In this document: piece after piece, positions 14,552-27,359 of the stretch | How the letters are laid out: every line of letters starts with the position of its first letter | Numbering within the stretch: the first letter of the stretch is position 1 | Assembly (NCBI GenBank): GCA_025558095.1 | Contig: JAIVFI010000025.1 | Span: 372,001 to 436,000 of the forward strand | DNA length: 64,000 nucleotides | From: Hyaloraphidium curvatum SAG 235-1 | Lineage: Eukaryota; Fungi; Monoblepharomycota | Direction: 5' to 3' | Notes under the pieces: model-generated | What the model saw: the letters and a program-made list of their open reading frames with translations, nothing else | What the model was told of the DNA's origin: nothing | Database searches by the model: none | Translations under genes and position numbers: made by a program

Positions 14552-15997
14552 ATGGAGCCTGAAGCCGCAGCGAAGTCGGATGGAGCCCGCGGTTCCGGAC
14601 GGGGAGTAGGCCAATTCGAAACAGAGAGGGAAGTCGCGGCCCGGTCGCCCCGTGCCTCCGCGCGGTCTCAAAAGCAATCTCAAGTTCCGGCGCCGCCCTT
14701 CAGCACGATGGAGGCCGACGCAGCGAAAATCTCATCAGACGGCGACCAGGAAAAGACGCAGCATGAGCCCTGTGACGGGGCCAACGACTCGAACAGCTCC
14801 GAGACGGGCGACGAGGCGCCCGCTGCCCGGAGGAAGCGGCGGCGCGAACCCGATGCCCCCGAGGAAAAGGTGGAGAAGAAGCAGAAGGACGACGAGTTCG
14901 ATGACCCGTTTGCGGACGACACGGCGGCGGAACTGGAGCTCGAATCGATACTGGCGGAAGCCGAGGCCAAATTCTCTTCGCCGGCGACTTCCCCCGCCAA
15001 ACCGGTTTCGGTGCCGCGATCTGCCGGTGCCGATGCTGCTGCACAACATGGTACCCACCTCGCCGTGCCCTCGAGTAGCAGACCCTCCTCTCCGCAGCAT
15101 CCCTTGCCCTCGAGCGCCGGACCATCCTCCCCGCAACATGCCCCGCGCCCTCCTCCGGCGCGCCCTTTGCCGACAAAGTGGATACACAGCTTACCAATTG
15201 AAGATCGCGACTCTGTTTTCGTCGGCCACGCCATCGGCGTCCCCGGTGGCGACGAGAACGCGGTCGCAGACGCGATGAAGGCGTTGCGGGCCATCCCGGA
15301 ATACCGAGACTCGCAGCACTACATGTTTGCCGTGCGCCTCCGCGGCCCTCCACCGCGCGAGCTGAAGGACGACGACGAAGAGGCGTACGGCGCGAAGCGC
15401 ATAGCCGATGTGCTCGAGGCCGCCGGCATCGAGGATCTCTTGGTTGCCGTTTCGAGGGTGTTCGGGGGCACGCTGTTGGGTGCCGCCCGGTTCACACACA
15501 TAGCAGCTTGCGCCAGGAATGCCCTGGCAAAGCTCGGGTTGGGCGCGGGCAGCGGCCCCCAGGAACAGCACCCGCGGGCCGCGCCCCCTGCGGACGGGCC
15601 CAAGTGCTCGTGCGGGACTCCGGCGAACCTGAACACGGTTTCGAAGGAGAACAAGAACAAAGGACGGGAGTTCTTTGGATGCCCGAAGTATCCCGCAGCG
15701 GACCAGTGTGGCTTCTTCAAGTGGAGGGAGGACTGGGAGAAGGAAAAGGCCGGCGCAGGATCGTCTCGGGCGAGACCCGGCGGTTCTTCATCCAGGGGCG
15801 GATCGTCGCCGTACCGCAGCCCCGGTCGAAGAGGCGGACCGAGCTCCAGCCCGGGCAAGATCCTCTCGCACGAGCACCTCTGCGAACACGGAGAGCCGAC
15901 GGTGCAGCTGGTCGCCAAGAGTGGGGCCAATGCGGGGCGAAAGTTCTACAAGTGCAACCGGCAGGAGCAGTGCCGCTTCTTTGCGTGGGGAAAGTAG
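14552..15997 (+). CDS. IMPACT/YigZ (UPF0029) domain protein with two C-terminal GRF zinc fingers (start may be 14708)
   Basis: IEDRDSVFVGHA, HYMFAVR, DDDEEAYGA, VSRVFGGTLLGAARFTHI; CSCG..GREFFGC..CGFFKW and CEHG..GRKFYKC..CRFFAW. Confidence 0.85.
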   Translation: MEPEAAAKSDGARGSGRGVGQFETEREVAARSPRASARSQKQSQVPAPPFSTMEADAAKISSDGDQEKTQHEPCDGANDSNSSETGDEAPAARRKRRREPDAPEEKVEKKQKDDEFDDPFADDTAAELELESILAEAEAKFSSPATSPAKPVSVPRSAGADAAAQHGTHLAVPSSSRPSSPQHPLPSSAGPSSPQHAPRPPPARPLPTKWIHSLPIEDRDSVFVGHAIGVPGGDENAVADAMKALRAIPEYRDSQHYMFAVRLRGPPPRELKDDDEEAYGAKRIADVLEAAGIEDLLVAVSRVFGGTLLGAARFTHIAACARNALAKLGLGAGSGPQEQHPRAAPPADGPKCSCGTPANLNTVSKENKNKGREFFGCPKYPAADQCGFFKWREDWEKEKAGAGSSRARPGGSSSRGGSSPYRSPGRRGGPSSSPGKILSHEHLCEHGEPTVQLVAKSGANAGRKFYKCNRQEQCRFFAWGK

Positions 15998-16039
15998 CTG
16001 GTTGGTGCCTTGTATCCAGCTGGTTGGTGCCTTGCATCC
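15996..16039. repeat. 22-bp tandem duplication at stop codon/3' UTR
   Basis: agctggttggtgccttg(t/c)atcc x2. Confidence 0.9.
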
Positions 16040-16343
16040 CAATGAACTGATGAATCTTGCATTCGGTCTCGTGCTCGTGCTTCGAGTCTTAACACCAAGG
16101 AGCTTTGTGCGCGCTCCGCTGTCACGACCGAAATGGGCAGGCAGCGTTCGAGTATCGCAGGCCAGCATTCCGGTCGGCATACAAACACCGACTCCACTCT
16201 CGGACTTTCCACGTCATCGGCTTCTCTGGAGCTCGGTCCGCAAAGAAGACGAGCGCCGGACATTTCATTTCGTTAGCGCCGGACGACCACGTGCTTGCCG
16301 CGCCGGACGACGCTGCGCTGCTCTCGCGCGTGACAGATTCGAG

Positions 16344-17276
16344 ATGACTCGGCCAAGCAGGGCAACCGCGCTTCCAAAGCTGGACATGCGCAAAGCTCAG
16401 CGAGAACTGGCCGTACCGTTTAACACGCCGCTGGAGTCGATGGCGCCGGAACTGCCTGCAGCGGGTTCTGGCGGGCTTGTCTCGGGCGGCCTCCACGCAC
16501 CTGAGCCCGACGAACGCGTGCAACGTGGGGGCCGTGCGGACGTTCTCCGGCGCAGTGCAAAGGCGGGAATCGTCAAGCATTCGTCGGGCAAGGATCGAAA
16601 GAAGGCGTTTGCCAGGGGACTGGAGTCCGAACTGCACGCCAGCGGTACGGCCTTGAGGGACGCCAGCGAACGCGGCGACCTTGAACTTGTGGCCGAGCTG
16701 GCATCCAAAGTGGGAACAGATGTGAGCGCGAGCGACAGCAAGCAACGTACAGCCCTCCACCTTGCGGCGGCGAGGGGACATGCTGCCGTCGCGCAACTCC
16801 TTCTGCTGTCTGGCGCCGCGAAGGAGTCCAAAGATTGCAACGGCAACTCGCCTTTGCACCTCGCCGTCATTGCCGCAAGTGCTCCCACGTGCCTTGTGCT
16901 CCTTCAGCACGGCGCAAGCCCGCTCTCTCACGACAACTCTGGAAGAACTCCGCTTTCGCACGCCGAGGCACGGATCAGGATGCTTTCCGCCCGTGCAGCC
17001 CAAGTGAGCGCCCTCGGTGGGGATGGCCAAGCGGTGAGGGACAGGCTGATCGCAGACATCGGCAAGATCCTGGACCTGTTGCGCGTGTTTGCTGCCAACA
17101 CGTCCAGTACCGCTGTGCGAGAGCGGGCCACGGGACCTACTGACGAGGATCTGCGTTGGGTTTCGAACAAATTAGAGCGGTTCGGAGCGGACGCGGGCAA
17201 CCAGAAAGATTCGGAGGAGCTGCAGGGGATGATTGCCGATCTGCAAGCAATCCTGGACGGAATGAAGCTGTCATGA
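16344..17276 (+). CDS. Ankyrin-repeat protein (ANKRD54-like)
   Basis: RTALHLAAARGH, GNSPLHLAV, GRTPLS repeats; intronless ORF. Confidence 0.85.
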   Translation: MTRPSRATALPKLDMRKAQRELAVPFNTPLESMAPELPAAGSGGLVSGGLHAPEPDERVQRGGRADVLRRSAKAGIVKHSSGKDRKKAFARGLESELHASGTALRDASERGDLELVAELASKVGTDVSASDSKQRTALHLAAARGHAAVAQLLLLSGAAKESKDCNGNSPLHLAVIAASAPTCLVLLQHGASPLSHDNSGRTPLSHAEARIRMLSARAAQVSALGGDGQAVRDRLIADIGKILDLLRVFAANTSSTAVRERATGPTDEDLRWVSNKLERFGADAGNQKDSEELQGMIADLQAILDGMKLS

Positions 17277-17302
17277 TTGGCGTGTAGGCGGGCAGTTTAC
17301 AG

Positions 17303-18937
17303 TCATTCGACATCTTCCTCCTCGTCGCCCTCTTCGACTATCCTGAGGAATCCGGCATCTCCGATCTTTTCCAGCAGCGCCTCCCCTTCTTCCCGCGAGA
17401 GGGTTGACAAGTGGTTGTTGATGGCGTCCACGTCCTCGATGAGCAGGCCCATCTGAAAGTTCGGCGGGAACTCGGCGAAAATCTCGGCCCGGCGCAGGTC
17501 CACTGGGGTCGGTTTCTCGGGCAAAGGCCACCGATACGTTCCATCGGGCTGCCTCGCCGAATCCAGCCTTTCCTTTGCCTTCCGAATCGCCTCCTGCTTT
17601 TCCTTTTCCTCGTTCTCCTGCAACACGGCGACCCGCGCGCTTATGCGGTCGTACATCGACTGCGCGTCGGCGGCGAATCCCTGGTAAGCCGGCCCGCCAG
17701 GATCTCCCGCCACTCTGTGTCGAGGTTGATAAATGAAAGGCGTACCTCGGTGTTCGAATGCCAGCCCACCTCTTGAAGAACAGCGCGACGCCGTCCTTGC
17801 CGCCCTGAGATAGGGTCAGGCAGTAGGACAGGATGGTGCTCTGAAAAACCATCTTCTTGACATCGACCGGCTTGTTCTTGAGCTTCGCGCTGAAAGCGGC
17901 AGCGAGGATCTCGTCCGCATGCTTGGAGCTCACGATGTAGGGGTACTTCTGAATGACCGCAAACGAATCTTCCAGGGAACCAGCAGCAGCAAACTTGGCA
18001 ACGCCGGGGTCCTTGAGCCGACCATCGTCCTCCTCGTCTCCGTCTACTTCCATTTCCTCGGCCTCAGGTTCCTGCGGCGCCTTCGACGACGAAGCACCGG
18101 CGGGCTTGGGTTCGTTCAGCACTTCGATGGTAGAAACCGCTTTTATCTTTTTCTCCGAGACCGGTTTCGCGGCCGAACTGGACGGAGGCGCGAGTGATGC
18201 TTCGTTCACAATCTGCCGACGAACATGTCAAGGGCGAGATGACAGCGGCAGTGTCACCGAAACGAACCGTCTTGTCGAAGCCAACTTGTCCCCAATTCTC
18301 CGATGTGATCTTCTTGTCGCGCTCTTTGATCTCCTTCTTGACCTCCGCGTCCAACGCGGACTGCCGCGCCTTCAGGGACGCGATCACGGCGGCCACCTTC
18401 GATGGATCGTCCTTTGCCTGGGCAAAAGCGTCCTTGTACACGATCCGCTTCTCGACAAACTCGTCGGGCACCGGCGGGCCCCAGCGCTCGTCCCTGTCGG
18501 TGAACCTCATCCGGAAAATGTCCGTCTTCTGCTTCTCCTGAAGCTCGTGGAACTTCTCGGAGAGGTCCTCCACGTCGGACGCGATGGCCGACTTGTCCGC
18601 ACCAGCTCCGAGCTTCGCAGAGAGTGCTTCCAGCTCTCGCAGGAGTTCCGCGTTGAGCGATCGTTCCATCTCCATGGCCGCGATCTTGTCCTTTCGATCC
18701 CTACGGTCCCTGTGAATCGCCTCCTGCTTCCACCGAATGAACGAGCGCCGATCCACATTCGGGCTGCGGAGGGCGGACGGGGCCAGTGAAACGGATCCCG
18801 GCCGTAGATTCGGAGAGAACGCACTGGACGTCGACGTCCTCATCGTCCGACAGCTCGAGCTTATCCCACCTAGGGTCGCGTCAGCGCGGCTTGATGATGA
18901 GAGAACGAAGAACTTGCTTCGAGTAATCGACCGGCAT
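17303..18937 (-). CDS. CDC37: Hsp90 co-chaperone Cdc37
   Basis: Spliced MPVDYSK|WDKLELSDDEDVDVH|PNVDRRSFIRWKQEAIH; LGFDKT-like motif; first intron is GC-AG. Confidence 0.93.
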
Positions 18938-19092
18938 GGCGCAAGAGCCGAGCAAACAGGCCCGAGAGGTGGCGCGCACGGGCGGCCGGTGGTACGCGTC
19001 GATCACTCACGGGATCGCATTCTCACAGTGGCGGATGCCACCGCGATGAAGGCGCGATGTAACTCCGAGCAGAATGACTGAATTGTGACGCG

Positions 19093-20339
19093 ATGTTGCG
19101 CGTTTCGGAAGGGTCTCGATTGCGGAGTGCCGGGGACGGTTCTCCGGCAACTTCGCCAGAGAGCGTTGACACGGAAACTCCACGGACGACGCCAGTGTCA
19201 CCTGCGGGGGACTTCTCCTTCGGCGATTTGTCGCGGGTATTTGCGGTTATGAAGCTGTCTCCGGCTTTTGAGGACGAGGAGTTGTGGCTGCTTTCCTTGA
19301 CCTGGAGGGGTCTCGTGAACGGCAAGGACCAGGACTTGGATGGGCCTCTCGCGAGCTTCGGTGCCGTTTCGGCAGCCAGGGTACCGGCGGCTTTGGAACC
19401 ATCGGTCAGGTCGGAGTTCGAGCGATTTGGCAAGGGGTCGGACCGCCGGAGCCCCTCGTGGGCTACACCGGCCATTGAAGGATTGCAGTTCGACCCGATT
19501 GCATCGACGGATGATGCAGAGGGCGCCAGGCGCGTCTTTGACCTCGCCGACCAGCTCGGCCGTGATCCATCGATCGAACACGGCGATACAATCTTCCAGT
19601 TGAACACGAAGAAGGGCATCTTTCTGCTGCGCGCCTCCGGCCCAAAAGAAAGGCGCCAGCTTGTGAATCTGCTGCGTTTGGTGCTGGGAATCGGGAGGTT
19701 GGAACCAACGACCGGCGCACGGAGGAACGAGACCGCCGCGCTGGAGAAACTCATGGCCAAAGTGGAGACCAACTTCCAGCAAAGCAAGGAGGTTTTGTCC
19801 AAGATGGAGGTCGGAGCGGTTGCTTGAAGGTCCCGAGCACGGATGCTGACCTCATGGAAGTCGGACGTCGACGCCAGAACCGAGTCCCTCACCAAGCTCG
19901 TCGATGAATTGAAGCGCTACGAAGCACAGAAGGTGCAGCTCGCAGTGCAGCTGCGTCAATCCGAGCGGAGCAACGAAGAGCTGGTCGCCAAGCTGGAGGA
20001 CGTTGAGTACAGGTCTTCAGAGCTCACGCAACGGCTCGAAATCATCCAGTCCAACGTGTTTTCTAAGCTGGAGAACATGATGGCAGCACGATCGGTGGAC
20101 AAGCTGAACGAAAGACTGCGATTGGCTCGGACATCTACGCAAAACCTCTCTTCCAGTCTCCTTCGCTATGGTGGGTGGAGCTGCGGCGGAAAAGACAGTC
20201 CTGCTGACGAAAAACAGTCATTGGCGCGGTGATGGCCGTGATGCTTGGAATAGCTGCTTTCTTTTTCATTTCACCATACCCAAAAATCTGGACCTCGACC
20301 AACCTTGTACATAGTCACAATACCAGCACTACATCTTGA
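19093..20339 (+). CDS. Hypothetical PH-like domain + coiled-coil + C-terminal TM protein
   Basis: FQLNTKKGIFLLRASGPKERRQLVNLL (PH C-terminal pattern), heptad-rich second exon, spliced last exon VIGAVMAVMLGIAAFFFI. Confidence 0.6.
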
Positions 20340-20346
20340 TCGACGT

Positions 20347-21411
20347 TTACGGAGACGGTTGCCGGAGGAAGGCCAGGTCCACCTTTCCGGAGACGGGATG
20401 GCGGGCCTCGAAGGCCTCCGTCCGAAACGCTGCCGAAATTTCGTCCGCTGTCCGATAGGTCGTCACGTTCCCCGAAGGCTCTAGCTCTCGAACTTCGCCG
20501 TAACCCAGCTCAAACAGCATCGTGACGAGCGTCTGCGGATCCTGGTCCGGCGTAACGGCTTTCAGGCTCCTCGGCTCGTACTCGAGCATAATGAGCCGCG
20601 GCTTGTGTTCTCCGAGGACCGACTGTCGGCCTCCCTCCAAAACTCTGCGTTCAAAGCCCTCGACGTCCAACTTCACCACATCCGGCTTCAGGTTCAGCAG
20701 CAGGTCATCCAAGCGCGTCATTGCGACGTAAACGCATGACTCCAACCCGAAGCCTCCCGCGGCCGACTCCTTGACCGCCTCGACACGAGTCCGCGATTTG
20801 TCGTCGAACGCGGATTTCAAACAGGCCGCCGGTCCGCCAGCAACGGAGTCACTAAGAGCGACTTTGTAAAGCTTAATCCTGTGCCGGAAGCCACGATTCT
20901 CGGGGATAAGGAGCGACTTTTCGAAAAGGGCAGCGTGCGCTGGAAGAGGCTCGACGGCAAACACCCGAGCATGCTCCCCCGTTTGGGAGGCAATGAAGAA
21001 GCTGATCGTCCCCAAATTGGCCCCGATATCGAGCACCTTGACGTAACCTCCCTGCCGCTTCGCAACACGCTCCTTTCTGATGTCCTCGATTGCCGAGACC
21101 GCAAGCTTCACCATCTCCCGGTGCTGCAGATCTACTCCCAGCTGACCTATGGATCCCGAGTGGAGGTCCGTCATAGGAGGGTGAACATAAAGCTGGAAGC
21201 TTGGGGAGGCATGGATCGTTGCACGGTAGAAGTATTCCACCCGCGGCTCGAGTTGAATGTTCGGATATTGGCGTGTCGAGAACCCGTCCGGCGTCGACGT
21301 GAAATGAATTGTCCGGCGGGAGTTCACAACGACGTATACGAAGACGACGAACAGCCCGACGGCGAGGCCGCGCCGCGTCATGCGATTCGGCATGACCAGC
21401 GTAAACGCCAT
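20347..21411 (-). CDS. FkbM-family SAM methyltransferase, type II membrane protein
   Basis: VLDIGANLG, VFAVEP, VVKLDVEGFE; N-terminal TM. Confidence 0.9.
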   Translation of the reverse strand: MAFTLVMPNRMTRRGLAVGLFVVFVYVVVNSRRTIHFTSTPDGFSTRQYPNIQLEPRVEYFYRATIHASPSFQLYVHPPMTDLHSGSIGQLGVDLQHREMVKLAVSAIEDIRKERVAKRQGGYVKVLDIGANLGTISFFIASQTGEHARVFAVEPLPAHAALFEKSLLIPENRGFRHRIKLYKVALSDSVAGGPAACLKSAFDDKSRTRVEAVKESAAGGFGLESCVYVAMTRLDDLLLNLKPDVVKLDVEGFERRVLEGGRQSVLGEHKPRLIMLEYEPRSLKAVTPDQDPQTLVTMLFELGYGEVRELEPSGNVTTYRTADEISAAFRTEAFEARHPVSGKVDLAFLRQPSP

Positions 21412-21994
21412 GGCATTTAGCAGCAGCCGTCACGTGTCCAAGAGAGCAAGAATATCAAGAATAGTACGCCCTTAAGGAGAAGTGGATGACGGCGAGCGAA
21501 CTCGCGGCCGCGTCGGGCGGAAGAACAACGGGACGGCACTCGCCGTCAATTGACTGACGACGACAGCTCGCGGGCATTTGCGATCAATATGCATACCAAT
21601 GAACCGAGAGTCATCTACACTGAGCTTTCGTTGCCTATCGAGAAACCAGCCATCTCAACTTGGAGCTTCGCACCCTTCGGGGTTCTACACGTCGTGGGCG
21701 CGGTCACTTAGTCACCATCCGCGATCTGGAGCAAGGAGAATGAAACCCTTCTGAATATGTTTCTGTGGAAGTGCGATTAGCTGTTTAGGTGCTGTCGATG
21801 CGCAGAGGAATACGCGGAGGGGAGGGGAAGGGGACGAGGTGATGGGATTCGCAGATCAGAGGAAAACTCTCTCTTTCTCGGGTTTGAATTCGGTGGCACG
21901 CGACGTGGTCGAGCCGGGTCCGGCGACTTCAGCACGCGTCAGGCGTCTTTCCCTTTGTTCTGCGGACGCAGCGAAGGAGCGGAGCCCTGTCGGC

Positions 21995-24900
21995 ATGCCG
22001 TCGAAGGCCGCGGGCGCCGCGGGGGGGGCGGCCATCGCGGCGCTCAAGCAGCTGCTCGATCGCGCCAAGACGACAAAGACGACAGCCAAGTCGCGGCGTG
22101 CGGCCAATGGAAATGCCGAATCAGCCCTGGAGAAAGAGTGGGACGGCCTGTGGTTCGGCCCGGAGGGGACGGCTCATATGCGTCCTTCTCGCGTCCAGCG
22201 TGAAAGCGGCGTTCGCCCGGATAGCCGATCTCTTGTCTGCCGACTTTCTCGACAACTTATCCAGCGCGTCTGATGTGCTTGTCAGCCTGCGGAAGCTCGT
22301 CAGTGTATTTTCACGCGTCCCATCCCTTGCGGAGAAGATTGCCGAGACGGTCGCCGACATCCTCGACCGAGTCAACATTTCTATCCTGCGGGCCAAGGCG
22401 GGACACATTGCGTCACTCAACGAGATAGTCGAGAAGAGCGTCAGCCTCGTTGAGGTGCGTCGATCGCGCACCGTCCTGGACTGGTGCTAACTTCGCGCAA
22501 CTCTGCTCACTTCCAACTCCGTTCTTGCAATCGCTGAACAGGTCATGATCCAGGATGGCTACCTCGGTGAGCTCAGAGGGTTTACGGGGAGACAAGGGCA
22601 CTTATGTCCCCGTTCGAACCACAGGAAACGACGACGCTTCGAAAAGGAGCCTGCAGTGCCTCGTCAGGCTGATTCTGAACGGCAATCGGTACTACATGAA
22701 GAACAGACGGCGGGCAATGGACGTCATTGGGCTCGTTTCTGAAGCGGAGCCAAGCAAGCGGCTTCTTGTTCAGACCCCGTCGCTTCACAAGAGTGTGCAT
22801 CGTTTGCGCGACATCGGAGGTGCACCAGCTCTTGCGTACCTGCTGACAACTGGCCTGACACGCGCCTCGGGCAGATTACTGTCTGCAGGCCGAGTTCTTT
22901 GATGTGCTACGGACAGCTGCACTCGCCGCGGACGACGAGGAGAGGGATGGTTTTCTTGCCAACGCATTCAGGGGCGAGGAAAGCTTTCTGAAGGACTTTC
23001 TGGAGATCGTCCAGCGACCCCATGTGAGTTTGCCGTCCACGTTTCGTACTCGGAGCAGACAGTTTGAACCCACATGAAGGCCGACGTTCGACAACTTCTC
23101 CTAAGCTTCAACGCGGAAGCAAACGGCATCGACAAATGGTGTGCGAGCTCCCGTGCTGCCGAAGCGTGGTTCTCATCGTCTTTTCCAAGTCCGCGATCGC
23201 TCGAAGTGTCTTCCCTGGAGTGCAACAACATCCAAGCTGCGGCTGGGCAAGAGCAGAAGCTCTGGCTCGATCTCAACGTCGATTCTTTGTCTTTCACGAC
23301 GGTGGCTCGGATCGTGGGGCGAGCGCCGCTCTTCGGTTGTCACGCCTCTGACTGTCTGCAGGATGACGCCCAAGACGAGGCCGTCGTCAGCGTCATTTTG
23401 CCTTTCTCGGAAATCAAGAGCTGGAGCTTTGAGAAGGCGGACGGTAATTCGTACGCATTGCTAGCCCGGTCAGATTCAAACAGCATTCCTCTAGAGGACG
23501 TTGTTCGCCTGATCGTCAAGTCGGAAGCTGTCAAGGGCCGGGGGACGGAGAGCAAGACCAGCACCATCACCGCACGAGGAACAATGGGCCGTGATCTATA
23601 CCAGACCGTGACCGCAGCGTTCAAGCGCAAGGAAGTCGCAGGCTTCGTGAAGGGTGCTCCAATTGAGGCGATAAGCAAGGCTGAAGAGCCCCACGCACCT
23701 CGCACACGGTCGGCCAAGGTGTGCGCAGCTCGGTGTGGTGGTCAGCTCGAACTTAATTCGCCTCTTGTAGAAATCCATTGCCGAGCACCGGATCTTGGTG
23801 AAGCCCGCAAGCAAGCCGACCGAGAACGACAGCATTGAAGACGACTTTTCTCATCACGAGAGTGCGGGCCAATTCGAGACACGTCCAGCCGGCGATCGTG
23901 AAAAGTCGCAACGCGCTGTGGAGGCGAGAACCCGCGAAGAGCTGGATTCCTTGATGGAGCCGCCGCAAGATGAAGCCGCTCCTGAACAGCACGAGGCTAA
24001 AGCCGTGGACGACGCCGTTGCCAAGCGTCGCCATCCTGCCCGATCCAAGAAGCGCAAGCATGCGTCGGATGCGGAAGACGACGAGGCTGTCGCCGCCAAG
24101 GAACCTCCGCGCAAGGCAGCTCGCCGCAAGAACCAGACGAAGGAAGATCGAGAGCTTCGTACGACCCCTCGCCGCAAGAACCAGACGAAGGAAGATCGGG
24201 AGCTCGATTCGACGTCTCGCAGCAAGAAGCAGGCAAAGGAAGATCAGGAGCTGGAAGCGACGCCTCGCCGCAAGGACGAGACGAAGGAACGTCGAGAGCT
24301 TGATGAGCCGTCTCGGCGCAAGAAGCAGACGAACGAAGATCGGGAGCTTTCTGCGGCGCCTCAGGATCATCATGGGGCCGGACAGTCACTTGCAGCAGAT
24401 GCGTTGTTCGTGCCCGCGAGCGTTCCGGGACCACGATCGACTCGACGGGTTGAGGAGGGCGCAAATGCTTTGCAACGTGATGTGGATCTACCGGAGAACA
24501 CTGTCTCGGAAGGAGACGATGCCGCAGACGCGAGCAAAGACGTGCACGACGGACATGGAAACTTGCACGTCGGTCCGCTCGAAGGCGGCAACGAAGAGAA
24601 CATGGTGGCCAGCCAGGATCGGTCGGGCAACAACTCTCCGTCTAGCTCGTTGTGGCTGCCGAGGAAAGTTGAACATGCCGGAATCGAAGAGGCAGATGAC
24701 GACGATGTGGTGAGTTGTCCTCTGGTCTGGTGCCCATCGCACGAGCTTCCGAATTCACTGGGCAGATGGGCTTCATTTCCCCAACGCTCGAGTCGATGAA
24801 GGGAAATCAAAGCGCGCAGGTGGTCGCGGCGGCGATGCTGGAGTTTGCTGACTTGGGCACCGGTGGGGATGCCTGCCTTTGCTGACGGCGGTCGATCTAA

Positions 24901-25738
24901 CGACTTTGGCAGGGCGGAGGGGACGTGTTTCTTCCGCACTCATGCTTCCCGCGGCTCCCGCTCAATTGCTGCCTTCTCTGCTAGACAGCCGCTTTGATCA
25001 ACGTGAGTCGTGGAGCAAGCCGATGGTCGGGACGCTGCTGATGCGGGCGATGCGGGCGTATTGCAGAGAAAATCCACCAGGGAAGCCTTGAGTGTGAGTT
25101 TGTCCGAACTCGAATGACCTGTCGTACGCTGACAGCCCGCGATGCAGCGCATGTGCTGGACGGCCTTCTGGGGGCCCTCTCCGAGGCCGCATCCGACGGT
25201 GTAAAGTCAACTTCCTTCCGCGGGAACCACACACGGAACACCGCGCAGATTGAGGAGCTCGACAATGACCAGGACATGGACAATCGTGGCGCCGACATCA
25301 CCTTGATTGACCTCCGTGTCGAGGCGCCGCGCGCGCGAAGACCGAACCTTGCGGCTCCCCCAGTTGCTGAGGAGCCCACTTCGAACACAGATGGAGACGA
25401 TGGTATCGTCGCTCTGTTCATGCAATTGGGCGAGGTACGTGCGGTGACCGCTGCATGAAGGAGCGTATACTGAACTTTGGTTCCGGTCAGCTCGTAAGCC
25501 GTCGCCTCAATGCCAAGGATGCTGAAGCGCGGCTGATGTTCGAAGATGCTGCAAGCGAAGTTGATCAGACTCTCAAGGCGATGCTGACCTCCACGCTGAA
25601 ATCCCGGTACGGTGCGCTGGTATTGAGCCCCGTTCCTGCGATAATCGACTCTTCAACAGCATGCAATCCATCAACGGGTACGCGACGGAAATGGAGAGAG
25701 CGTACGAGAGCCTGGCCAGTGGTCTGGGTCGGAAGTAA
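21995..25738 (+). CDS. Probable SYCP2/Red1/Rec10/ASY3-like meiotic chromosome axis protein, multi-exon
   Basis: Spliced LRDIG|DYCLQAEFFDVLR, DVRQLLLSFN, KLWLDLNVDSLSF; long disordered middle; C-terminal coiled coil. Confidence 0.6.
24122..24361 (+). repeat. Five in-frame 48-bp coding tandem repeats (RRKNQTKEDREL...)
   Basis: cgccgcaagaaccagacgaaggaagatcg(a/g)gagct... five diverged copies. Confidence 0.9.
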
Positions 25739-25883
25739 CTTGAAACGCGGGCGAGGGAGGGTCGCAAGGTTGCAGACGTAATTCGAGAATCAATTCATCT
25801 TCGTCTCATCAATGTACCGTGCTACAGAACAGCTGCCTCTGTCAAAATCCACTCAATTCCATTTCAGCGAACATTCTTCAGTC

Positions 25884-27273
<1,390 letters not shown>

Positions 27274-27359
27274 CGGGGCGACGACAATGAAGGGTGCGCT
27301 CGATCGCGAAGTGATCAACGTGGTGGTCCGCGTCCCACCATTCAAGCTCGGCGACCAAC

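Noticed and set aside
24122-24361. CRISPR-like array
   Set aside because: In-frame coding tandem repeats without unique spacers, in a eukaryotic gene
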